Positions 18,482-26,751 of a stretch of DNA of 64,000 nt are shown here, in pieces. The number at the start of each line of letters is the position of its first letter. Within the stretch, counting starts at the first letter, position 1. The notes below the pieces were generated by a model. That model was not told the DNA's origin. It searched no databases and saw nothing but the letters and a program-made list of their open reading frames with translations. The translations under genes and the position numbers were made by a program. This DNA is from a virus (Duplodnaviria > Caudoviricetes): IMG/VR virus record IMGVR_UViG_3300032167_000048; one strand, given 5' to 3'.

Positions 18482-19804
18482 ATGAGTTATGTATTGTTAA
18501 GATGTTCGCATAGCGATAATGACCTTTTTCTTGAAAATGCACAAATTACTGTAGACTTTACATGTTTAAACGGAAGTTTAAAAATTACTAGAATAAGAGG
18601 AAAATATGATGGCAATACTGAAATTTATGATAGTGTTGCTAATAAAATTTATATTAAAATTAATGGCGAAACAAGACCATTATTATTAGATAGTAATATT
18701 AGCTTTGGTTCAAATGAATACTCTTTATTGTATAGCAAATCGGATTCAGATTGTTTTATTTGGGATGGTTTAACTGATGACATGGTTTATGCTAAGATTA
18801 TAATGCCAGAATCCAGTGCGATTTTTAGCGAGTCTGAGTTTGATTTTGATATGCGTATGAATTGGACTGAACATACTATCACTTATGATGCAAATGGTGG
18901 TGAAGGTACTCCAAGTCCAACCACTGGTCTTTACAGCAAGACAACTTATTTAAGCTCACAAAAACCAACTAGAATAGGATATGGATTTTTAGGATGGGAT
19001 ACATCTCCAGATTCTAATATGTCATATAAATATTCAAGTGGTTCTGGCATTGTCATTACAAGTGATATAACATTGTACGCTGTTTGGAAAGAAAAAAGCG
19101 GCAAAGATAAAGTGGTTACAGTGGAATCGCTGGCTTCTTTGCATAAATATAACAAAGAAACATATATACCAACTGGTAGAAAAGATGGAAGCACTATTGG
19201 AAAAAATTCTGTGGCAATTAATACAGACTGTACTGCTTCGTCTGAAAATTCTTTTGCATCTGGAAGCGAAACAGTTGCGTCTGCATATGCATCTCATGCA
19301 GAGGGAAATAAAACAGAAGCTACACGTCAATATTCTCATGCTGAAGGATGTCTTTCGGTAGCAAGTGGAGAATCTTCTCATGCAGAGGGATATCGAACAT
19401 CTGCATCGGCAGACCATGCACATGCAGAGGGCAGATTTACAATATCTTCTGGTATTGGAGCTCATGCAGAGGGTAGTAATACTAGAGCTATTGGATATGG
19501 TTCTCATGCCGAAGGATATGAAACAACAGCAGCTAGCGACTATCAGCACGTTCAAGGAAAGTACAATATTCCAGACGTAGATGAAAATGGTGCTGCTATT
19601 AATAAATATGCTCATATTGTTGGTAACGGTAAATATAATAATCCATCTAATGCACATACATTAGATTGGGACGGTAACGCTTGGTTTGCTGGCGATATGA
19701 GTTTTGATGGAAACATGATTTTGTCTTCTAATCAGTTTGGTGACGAGCTTCCTGAAGCTGGAATTGCTGGCAGAATCTTTTTCAAAAGATTAACAGACGT
19801 ATAA
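18482..19804 (+). CDS. InlB B-repeat plus HAEG-repeat tail protein
   Basis: One B-repeat, 6 HAEG repeats, C-terminal block shared with 9000..12218. Confidence 0.7.
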   Translation: MSYVLLRCSHSDNDLFLENAQITVDFTCLNGSLKITRIRGKYDGNTEIYDSVANKIYIKINGETRPLLLDSNISFGSNEYSLLYSKSDSDCFIWDGLTDDMVYAKIIMPESSAIFSESEFDFDMRMNWTEHTITYDANGGEGTPSPTTGLYSKTTYLSSQKPTRIGYGFLGWDTSPDSNMSYKYSSGSGIVITSDITLYAVWKEKSGKDKVVTVESLASLHKYNKETYIPTGRKDGSTIGKNSVAINTDCTASSENSFASGSETVASAYASHAEGNKTEATRQYSHAEGCLSVASGESSHAEGYRTSASADHAHAEGRFTISSGIGAHAEGSNTRAIGYGSHAEGYETTAASDYQHVQGKYNIPDVDENGAAINKYAHIVGNGKYNNPSNAHTLDWDGNAWFAGDMSFDGNMILSSNQFGDELPEAGIAGRIFFKRLTDV

Positions 19805-19890
19805 AATGTTTGGTGGTTTGTCAGAAGCAACCGTAAATAAAAAACTGAAGAAATTTATGGAGAGGTCTTGCCTTAGTAGACGATTTTAAA

Positions 19891-19924
19891 TAGGGATATA
19901 CCTTTATGGTATATCCTTTTTTTT
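19891..19924. terminator. Terminator between convergent units
   Basis: agggatatacc-tttat-ggtatatcctt plus T run. Confidence 0.75.
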
Positions 19925-20039
19925 ACGATTTTTGCATTACATCTTTTATATATTTTTTAGCAAGATACTTTGCTAACGTTTTGTAATTTACTAGTTTACT
20001 TTCTGTTAGTTTTATAACAACTTTTCTCTTATTTCTCAT
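19923..20039 (-). CDS. 38-aa basic protein; candidate recombination directionality factor
   Basis: Hand-translated MRNKRKVVIKLTESKLVNYKTLAKYLAKKYIKDVMQKS; aaggag RBS and own promoter; divergent from the integrase. Confidence 0.45.
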   Translation of the reverse strand: MRNKRKVVIKLTESKLVNYKTLAKYLAKKYIKDVMQKS

Positions 20040-20074
20040 ATAACATTTTACTCCTTTTTATAACCTTATTTGTT

Positions 20075-20103
20075 ATATTAATCTATCAAACTATCATAGT
20101 CAA
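20075..20103 (-). promoter_or_regulatory. sigmaA-type promoter
   Basis: TTGACT-17-TAATAT. Confidence 0.55.
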
Positions 20104-20208
20104 TATATTTTACTTATTATTTTTATTATGTTAATATATATTTAGGAGGTGATAGCGATGTAGTAATTAAAAAGGTTATAAGAAATAAATTAAAAGGAGT
20201 GATATGAT

Positions 20209-21831
20209 ATGTCTAGTATATCAAGAACAATTGAAAGAAGTCGAACAAGAAAAACAGCAGTTGCTTATGCAAGATACTCTTCTAACAATCAACGTGAGGA
20301 AAGTATTGATGCTCAATTAAGAGCAATTCGTGAATATTGTGAAAAAGAAAATATTGAATTAATTGAAGAGTTTGTCGATGAGGCACTTACTGGCAAAAAC
20401 GATGACCGTGAAGATTTTCAAAATATGATTACAAAGTTATTAAAGGGTCATATACAAGCAGATTATGTTTTGGTTCATAAGTTTAATCGTTTTGCTCGTA
20501 ACAAATTTGATAGTACTTTGCATAAAAAGAAATTAAGAGACATTGGTGTTAAGGTTATTTCTGTAACACAAAAAATTGATGATACACCAGAGGGTGAGTT
20601 ATTAGAGGGTTTTCTTGAAACAATAGACCAATATTATTCTGCCAACCTTGCAACTGAAGTTAGAAAAGGTCTTAGAGAGAATGCATTAAAAGGTAAACAT
20701 GCTGGAGGTCAAGTTTTATTTGGATACTCTTTGGATGATGATGGGTATTATATCCCAAATGAAAATGCAAAAATTGTGAAACGTATTTTTGAAGAGTTTG
20801 CTCTTGGAATACCTAAAACAGAAATTTGTGAAAGATTGAACGCTGAGGGATATAGAAATCAAAGAGGTAAAAAATTCAATACTCGCACACTCTACGACCT
20901 TTTAAGAAATGAGAAATATATTGGCAACTATGTTTATACAATAGACAAAAAAGAAACTATCAGATTAGATGGTATTATCAAAGGTCATCCAATAAACAAA
21001 GAACTATGGAATACCGTTCAAAGATTATGCGATGAATCTTCTGAAACGCATGGCAGACAAAGAAGTCAAAAAAGATATTATTATCTAACTGGTAAAACTT
21101 TCTGCTCTTGTTGTGGAGAACATATCTGTGGTAATGGCTCTAAACGTTCTGGTGGTAAAAATGGTAAATTAAATTATTACTACAAATGCGTTGGAAAAAC
21201 AAATCATAAAAATGGATGCAAAAATCCAAGCCTGAATAAAGATTGGTTTGAACCAAAGGTGTTAAAAGCTGTTCTTGATACGGTTACAAACAAAGAGCAA
21301 GTTAAAGAGATTGCTCAAATGGCTTATAAAGAAATACTTGAAATGAGAGATGAGCCAGTTGTAAGTACTGCTCAACTGAAAAAAGAATTGGCTCAAATAT
21401 TTAAGAAGCAAGAAAGGCTAACAGACTTATATATGGATGGTGATATGAGCAAAGAAATGTTAGATAATAAAAACGGTGAATTAACAAGACGCAGATTCCA
21501 AATTGAAGAAGAATTAGAAAAAAGAAAAAATATTTTAGACGCAGACGATATCCAAGTTGAAGATATTGAAAATTACATTATTCAATTTATTGAAGATGTA
21601 AAAGAAGATTGCGAATCTATAGACGATGAGTTTATGAGAATCATGTTGAATGTATTTGTTAAGAGAGTTGATGTTAGTATTGAGGAGGTGGTAGTCCATA
21701 TCCATACGCCATTTGGTCGTATGGATAGAGGTGATAGCGTTTGTTTTGGTGGGGTAATCCAAAGACTAACACCCATTAATCTAGTACAAATCTTTCCTCG
21801 TAAAACCAATGTTCATGGTAAAAATATTTAA
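20209..21831 (+). CDS. Large serine recombinase (integrase)
   Basis: YARYSS catalytic motif, NRFAR, recombinase domain, CxxCG...YYKC...C zinc ribbon, coiled coil. Confidence 0.93.
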   Translation: MSSISRTIERSRTRKTAVAYARYSSNNQREESIDAQLRAIREYCEKENIELIEEFVDEALTGKNDDREDFQNMITKLLKGHIQADYVLVHKFNRFARNKFDSTLHKKKLRDIGVKVISVTQKIDDTPEGELLEGFLETIDQYYSANLATEVRKGLRENALKGKHAGGQVLFGYSLDDDGYYIPNENAKIVKRIFEEFALGIPKTEICERLNAEGYRNQRGKKFNTRTLYDLLRNEKYIGNYVYTIDKKETIRLDGIIKGHPINKELWNTVQRLCDESSETHGRQRSQKRYYYLTGKTFCSCCGEHICGNGSKRSGGKNGKLNYYYKCVGKTNHKNGCKNPSLNKDWFEPKVLKAVLDTVTNKEQVKEIAQMAYKEILEMRDEPVVSTAQLKKELAQIFKKQERLTDLYMDGDMSKEMLDNKNGELTRRRFQIEEELEKRKNILDADDIQVEDIENYIIQFIEDVKEDCESIDDEFMRIMLNVFVKRVDVSIEEVVVHIHTPFGRMDRGDSVCFGGVIQRLTPINLVQIFPRKTNVHGKNI

Positions 21832-21851
21832 CTAGGATTATATCATAATAA

Positions 21852-21892
21852 AATAAACCTTGCAGAACTATTTTTATCTGCAAGGTTTATTA
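21852..21892. terminator. Bidirectional terminator
   Basis: aataaaccttgcaga / tctgcaaggtttatt perfect 15-bp inverted repeat between convergent genes. Confidence 0.8.
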
Positions 21893-22054
21893 TTACTTAA
21901 TTAAAGAATCTTCAATTACTCTCTTTGCTTCGTCTAAGATGTTTTTGTAATGACCACGAGATGAGACCCACTCATCATTTACATATAAATCATATACATT
22001 ATCACCTCTTAGTTTAATTGTAATATCAAATCTTTTAATTGTTTTGTTATTCAT
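21893..22054 (-). CDS. Hypothetical protein (53 aa)
   Basis: Hand-translated MNNKTIKRFDITIKLRGD...; ggaagg RBS. Confidence 0.5.
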   Translation of the reverse strand: MNNKTIKRFDITIKLRGDNVYDLYVNDEWVSSRGHYKNILDEAKRVIEDSLIK

Positions 22055-22070
22055 TTTATATACCTTCCGT

Positions 22071-22466
22071 TTATATATTGCTTTTAATTCTTTCTTTTAA
22101 TTCTGTAGAGCTTAAAGAATGTTGTCTATGTAAATAGTGTGGAGTTTTGTTTAATTTTGTTTCAACTTCTTTGCCATCCCAATCTTTATCCCTATAATCA
22201 TCACCGAGAAATCTAATAGAATAATTAAGGCTGGATGCTAATAGCTCCAAATCTTTTTTGCCCTGATATGGTATAATTTCATCAATAAATTTTACAGCTC
22301 TTAATTGCATGAATCTTTCATAAATAGATTGAATTGGCTGTTTATTATCTGGAAAACAGTTTAGCCCTACTATTAAATAATCACAATTTTCTTTTGCTTC
22401 TTCAATTGCAATTACATGTCCAGCATGAAGGAAGTCTCCAACAACTGGGTAGAATCCTATTTTCAT
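22071..22466 (-). CDS. Cytidylyltransferase (TagD-like)
   Basis: DFLHAGH (HxGH) motif, GDDY, LSSTELKERI. Confidence 0.8.
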   Translation of the reverse strand: MKIGFYPVVGDFLHAGHVIAIEEAKENCDYLIVGLNCFPDNKQPIQSIYERFMQLRAVKFIDEIIPYQGKKDLELLASSLNYSIRFLGDDYRDKDWDGKEVETKLNKTPHYLHRQHSLSSTELKERIKSNI

Positions 22467-22490
22467 ATCACACCTCATAAAATTTAAGTT

Positions 22491-22718
22491 TTATAACTCA
22501 TCAAATCTTGTTTGCAACCTTTTAATTTCATTGTCACACCAGTTAATAATTGTATTTTTTAAATCTCCATTTTTATCTGCCCAAGACAAATATATATAAT
22601 CTCTAGTGTTAGAGTTTTCTTTTATTATAGGAGCACTAAACATACACCTTCTTAACTCTCTAATGTATTCAATTGTTCTTGAAATTTCTTGCCCTTCTTT
22701 AAGTGTTTGTTCTGTCAT
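22491..22718 (-). CDS. Hypothetical protein
   Basis: ORF bounded by two TAAAA-N6-TTTTA motifs. Confidence 0.6.
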   Translation of the reverse strand: MTEQTLKEGQEISRTIEYIRELRRCMFSAPIIKENSNTRDYIYLSWADKNGDLKNTIINWCDNEIKRLQTRFDEL

Positions 22719-22742
22719 TGCTTACCTCTTAAAATCTTAGTT

Positions 22743-22820
22743 TTAATCGTTATAAATTTCATCTTCCCAGAACTCATCATCATCATCGTCATCTTCTGGG
22801 CTTAAATAATATTTATTCAT
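22743..22820 (-). CDS. 25-aa highly acidic peptide
   Basis: MNKYYLSPEDDDDDDEFWEDEIYND; aaggag RBS. Confidence 0.45.
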   Translation of the reverse strand: MNKYYLSPEDDDDDDEFWEDEIYND

Positions 22821-22838
22821 TTATATTACTCCTTATCA

Positions 22839-23000
22839 TTAAAAAATTGATATTAACCATTTAATCGCATATGGTAAATTAATAATTGCACATACAGCAT
22901 CCATTGTCATAAACGCAATATTTTTTGTATGATATCCATGATAGAATGCAAGAGCTCCACATATTACACTCATAACAAAATTAAAAAACATAGTATCCAT
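22839..23000 (-). CDS. Small two-TM membrane protein
   Basis: ggaggtg RBS before MDTMFF; hydrophobic. Confidence 0.55.
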   Translation of the reverse strand: MDTMFFNFVMSVICGALAFYHGYHTKNIAFMTMDAVCAIINLPYAIKWLISIF

Positions 23001-23019
23001 ATTTACACCTCCTATAACT

Positions 23020-23565
23020 TTAATAGTTGAAATATTTTTTTCTATCAATTTTAACTTTGATTTCTGACGACATTCCTTGAATTGATTTTTCGTACCCATC
23101 ATTGTATATTACAAAGTCAACCTCGTCTTCGATTCCATCAAACTGACCAACATCAGACAAGCTTCTTCTGTACGCTTCTTCAATATTATCGCCACGTTGA
23201 AGAATTTTAATTAGTCTATCTCTACGAGGGACATTGATATAAAATGAGATTATATTAATGCCATTAATTTTACTTACTTGTCTTAATCCATGTGGTGTAA
23301 GCACTGCAATTTTATCATCTGTACAATCTTCTTTTGCAGTTCCATAATGCCATCCGTTATATACAGCAGTCTCTGCAAAAAATCCCTCATTTTTTAATTG
23401 TAAAAATGTTTTATCATCGGTGAAGTGATAGTCAACACCATCTACTTCACCGTCTCTAGGCTGTCTAGTTGTATATGAAACAACTTTTTTATAGCCATCA
23501 TTTTCTACTAAATATTTTTCAATACTAGATTTACCACTAGCTGATTCTCCTACCAATACAATCAT
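23020..23565 (-). CDS. gmk: Guanylate kinase
   Basis: GESASGKS P-loop, SYTTRQPRDGEVDGVDYHF, YGT. Confidence 0.88.
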   Translation of the reverse strand: MIVLVGESASGKSSIEKYLVENDGYKKVVSYTTRQPRDGEVDGVDYHFTDDKTFLQLKNEGFFAETAVYNGWHYGTAKEDCTDDKIAVLTPHGLRQVSKINGINIISFYINVPRRDRLIKILQRGDNIEEAYRRSLSDVGQFDGIEDEVDFVIYNDGYEKSIQGMSSEIKVKIDRKKYFNY

Positions 23566-23576
23566 AATCTACTCCT

Positions 23577-23726
23577 TTACATATCTCTAACTTTTGCTTT
23601 AAGTTGTTCAAGAAAAATATATTCATCTGTATCATATCTATCTTTTGCTATCATATGTTTTACTTGTTCGTTAATTATAAGGTCGAGTAAAGTAGTTTTT
23701 TCTTCTTTCGTCAACTTCTGGCACAT
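23577..23726 (-). CDS. Hypothetical protein (49 aa)
   Basis: Hand-translated MCQKLTKEEK...; fills the gap exactly. Confidence 0.5.
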   Translation of the reverse strand: MCQKLTKEEKTTLLDLIINEQVKHMIAKDRYDTDEYIFLEQLKAKVRDM

Positions 23727-23727
23727 T

Positions 23728-23940
23728 TTAAATACCACCCTTATCTAAAATGTCAAATATTGTAATCATATCTTTTCTTGAAATGCTTACTTCTTTAATC
23801 TGTTCTTTTATTTTATTCATGTTAACTTCTATTGGATAGTCATCTAAAAAGTCAATTAATACTTGAAATGCTTGTCTTCCTAATCCTTTACAATGAATGA
23901 GATTAGTTAAAAGCTCTCTTTTACTAATTAAATCGTCCAT
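23728..23940 (-). CDS. Hypothetical protein
   Basis: MDDLISKRELL, a common phage N-terminus. Confidence 0.6.
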   Translation of the reverse strand: MDDLISKRELLTNLIHCKGLGRQAFQVLIDFLDDYPIEVNMNKIKEQIKEVSISRKDMITIFDILDKGGI

Positions 23941-23943
23941 ATT

Positions 23944-24564
23944 CTACTCCTTCCAAATATTTGTGTCGCTACAAATTTGTTCCTTAATAAACTCCGTATA
24001 TTCTTTTAATTCTTTTTTGAATGCTTCTTTTTTGTTATATTCGCATGTGAACATTTCAGGACACAACCCATTTCTATATACACATTCTCTAACACACAAA
24101 CTATGTAATTCTGGTTCTAATTCTTTAAATGCATTTACAATTTTATCCCATACATATCTTGTTTCATAGCTTGCACAATTACAGTATCTTTTTCTAGAAA
24201 TATTTATAAAAGCCTGAAAATTAAAAATATATTCGGCACTTTGCAATGTATTTCTATTCGGAACTTCATCATAATTATTTCTATCACTTCTTAATGTTGA
24301 TACAAATGGGGTTGCACCAAGGCTATGTCTAACTAAATGCCCATGAACAAATTGTGGCGCGTCATAAACTTTTACAATAATATGCGGAATTCTGATTGGA
24401 GAATGTTCAGCCATTAGCAATCTTTTTTTCCAATCAGAGTCTGGGTATTTGCCACTGTCCCTTCCAATTGTGGTCATTGTAGCATTTTTAACTTCTTGCC
24501 ACATATCTTCGTGCCATCTCACTTCTACTCTTACTTTTGATAAATCTGCTTTTTTATTACTCAT
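23944..24564 (-). CDS. thyX: Flavin-dependent thymidylate synthase
   Basis: EHSPIR, HLVRHS...S..R.DR, R.C..A..E.R, CVYRNGLCPE. Confidence 0.8.
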   Translation of the reverse strand: MSNKKADLSKVRVEVRWHEDMWQEVKNATMTTIGRDSGKYPDSDWKKRLLMAEHSPIRIPHIIVKVYDAPQFVHGHLVRHSLGATPFVSTLRSDRNNYDEVPNRNTLQSAEYIFNFQAFINISRKRYCNCASYETRYVWDKIVNAFKELEPELHSLCVRECVYRNGLCPEMFTCEYNKKEAFKKELKEYTEFIKEQICSDTNIWKE

Positions 24565-24649
24565 TTTATCTACCTTCCTTTTAATATATAACCTTAACAG
24601 TATAAAAGCTATAACCAACTGTTAAGATTTAACATCTTTTACAAGTATG

Positions 24650-24678
24650 ATTATAGCTTATTATCTTAACTTTGTCAA
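24650..24678 (-). promoter_or_regulatory. Consensus sigmaA promoter
   Basis: TTGACA-17-TATAAT. Confidence 0.85.
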
Positions 24679-24696
24679 GTACTTTTTTAAAAAATT

Positions 24697-25329
24697 TTAT
24701 TTTAATGTTTTATAATATTTATCGAAATCAAATTCAAGATATTTCTTAGAACTTAATAAATCACAAGAATGCACAAACCATTCTAAGTTCTTAGATGGTT
24801 TTGGCAATACAACTCCTTTTGCATATGGAGCGGTGTTATATTTCCCCATATGAGATTTGATACACATAACAGTTAAAGGAACAGCCTTTCTCATATAATC
24901 CATATCATTGTCCGACAGTTTATTGTTCTTAAAATATTCTGTTACTGTTGATACAAATAAATTGCCAGCAACTAAAGGATGGTCAAAACGTGTGCTATGT
25001 TTTGGTGTGTCATCTGGTTTGCAACAATCATGTAAAATTAAAGATGCGTAAACAATATCTTCATAAATATCACTATAATCATCTCTATTTAATAATCCTT
25101 TTAATACATCTGATTCAATCATTGACCAAGCAATTCCGACTGTTGCTTTTACGTGTCTTACAAGCCCTCCATCTCCTAAAGAATATGACGGATGATATCT
25201 TCCAGATGATGACGCTGGAATTGTCTGAATGCACTCTGGGCTTGCATTTAATGTGTTTGCTACAACATTTCTCATATGTTCGTTTTTAATAAGATTTAAT
25301 TCTTTTTCAAATAATTCTGATGTCTTCAT
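24697..25329 (-). CDS. HD-domain phosphohydrolase
   Basis: PASSSGRYHP, GGLVRH, LHDCCK, SHMG, H..D. Confidence 0.8.
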   Translation of the reverse strand: MKTSELFEKELNLIKNEHMRNVVANTLNASPECIQTIPASSSGRYHPSYSLGDGGLVRHVKATVGIAWSMIESDVLKGLLNRDDYSDIYEDIVYASLILHDCCKPDDTPKHSTRFDHPLVAGNLFVSTVTEYFKNNKLSDNDMDYMRKAVPLTVMCIKSHMGKYNTAPYAKGVVLPKPSKNLEWFVHSCDLLSSKKYLEFDFDKYYKTLK

Positions 25330-25345
25330 TTCTCACCTCTAATGT

Positions 25346-25374
25346 TATAGGGCATGTATTTTACACGCCCTATA
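25346..25374 (-). terminator. Hairpin/terminator
   Basis: tatagggc...gccctata inverted repeat. Confidence 0.55.
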
Positions 25375-25389
25375 ATTTTATTGCTTATA

Positions 25390-26151
25390 TTAATTTACTT
25401 TGTATACGTCTGCATGTCTTGAGCCAAACTGCAATGCTTCGCTATGACTGTTAAAATAAATGTCTACATGACCATACGGAGTTCCTCTGTCCTCAACTGT
25501 ATACACATGTCCATTAATTAAAAGTTTTGTGCCAAAGGCAACACCGCCCATAGCAACTGTTCTTCCAGCTGATGGCATAGTGCCACTTGCTGTTGCGCCA
25601 CCAGCCCATTTTCCACAACATTTAGAGCAGTTGCAATATGCTGTTAATCTAAAGTTGCCTAAGTATTCGCTTGCTTTTTCTTCTGCTGCTTTAATTTTTT
25701 CATTTTTTGTTTCTTCGTCCATTAAGTATTCGTTCCAAAGATAGAAGTGACTATATCTTCCATTTTCATTTAATACTGAAATTTTTGTCCAACCATTATA
25801 ATCAGACATTGCTGTTACTTCTGTATATGGCTTTAACACTTTTGTAACGTTTGAAGTGATATTTGGAAATGGTCTCATATTTAAATATGTTGTAGTATAT
25901 AAAGTTTTGTATTCATCATATTCATTACTGAAAAGCATATCTAAATATTCGTCTGTAATATCTAATGGAATAGCCATTTTCCAATTCTTTACTTCTGTTG
26001 CTTCAATAATTTTTTCTACTTCTGGTTTTTTAGTTTCATTTGTTTTTGTTTCGCTTGTTTTTGTGCTACTCTGTGTTTCTGCTTTCGTTGAACAGCAAGG
26101 AATTACCATCAACGAAAGAGCCATAAACAAAATCAATAAACCTTTTTTCAT
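25390..26151 (-). CDS. Exported SH3b plus 3D-domain protein (lytic transglycosylase-like)
   Basis: Signal peptide; LTAYC...TASG...VEDRG...VDIY. Confidence 0.8.
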   Translation of the reverse strand: MKKGLLILFMALSLMVIPCCSTKAETQSSTKTSETKTNETKKPEVEKIIEATEVKNWKMAIPLDITDEYLDMLFSNEYDEYKTLYTTTYLNMRPFPNITSNVTKVLKPYTEVTAMSDYNGWTKISVLNENGRYSHFYLWNEYLMDEETKNEKIKAAEEKASEYLGNFRLTAYCNCSKCCGKWAGGATASGTMPSAGRTVAMGGVAFGTKLLINGHVYTVEDRGTPYGHVDIYFNSHSEALQFGSRHADVYKVN

Positions 26152-26163
26152 TTTATATTCTCC

Positions 26164-26748
26164 TTATTCTCCCCAGCACTCGGCACGATGTTCGCAATCG
26201 TCACAGTCTAAATCTGTGTCAAGACATTCATCAATTTCATCGCACTCATCACATTCATCACAATATTCACAACAATCATAACATCCGTTACAGTCGCATT
26301 CTTCTTCATATAATTCACTCTGAAGTTTATATCCTTCAAGCTCCCAAATTTTATCAATAATTTTATCCACGCAGATTTCAAATCCCATTTCTTCATCATA
26401 ATTATCTGGGCTTACGCATGCAGATGATTCTACAATAACAAATCCGTTTGGAAGTTCGCATGTTACAATAGTACACTTATCATAAATTGTCTGAATTTCA
26501 ATATTTGATTTTGCAACAATACGTTTAATCATTTCTTCTGTTACTGTTGGAGCTGCTTTTGGTTCTACATATTTTTCAAAATATTCATTATATTCATCTG
26601 TGCTCATTACTCCTTTGTGCATCATGTGTTCACCAAATGCAAATGAAATAATACCACCATCAACACCAATTACTTCTGCGATGTCTCCTTTTTTTAAGAA
26701 GCTTGTTACATCTTTTGTTACGATTAATTTGTCTCCTTTAGCTAACAT
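26164..26748 (-). CDS. Phage Gp49/66-family protein with Cys/Asp-rich tail
   Basis: LPNGFVIVESSACVSPDNYDEEMG..IC...IWELEGY. Confidence 0.8.
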   Translation of the reverse strand: MLAKGDKLIVTKDVTSFLKKGDIAEVIGVDGGIISFAFGEHMMHKGVMSTDEYNEYFEKYVEPKAAPTVTEEMIKRIVAKSNIEIQTIYDKCTIVTCELPNGFVIVESSACVSPDNYDEEMGFEICVDKIIDKIWELEGYKLQSELYEEECDCNGCYDCCEYCDECDECDEIDECLDTDLDCDDCEHRAECWGE

Positions 26749-26751
26749 AAT

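Noticed and set aside
19034-19657. 207-aa antisense ORF and similar short overlapping ORFs in the track
   Set aside because: Shadow frames of real genes caused by codon bias and repeats; no RBS and implausible composition.
19810-19880. Pistol ribozyme or true preQ1 riboswitch
   Set aside because: Only a superficial GTAAATA/AAAAAACT resemblance; the required stems and a downstream regulated gene are missing.
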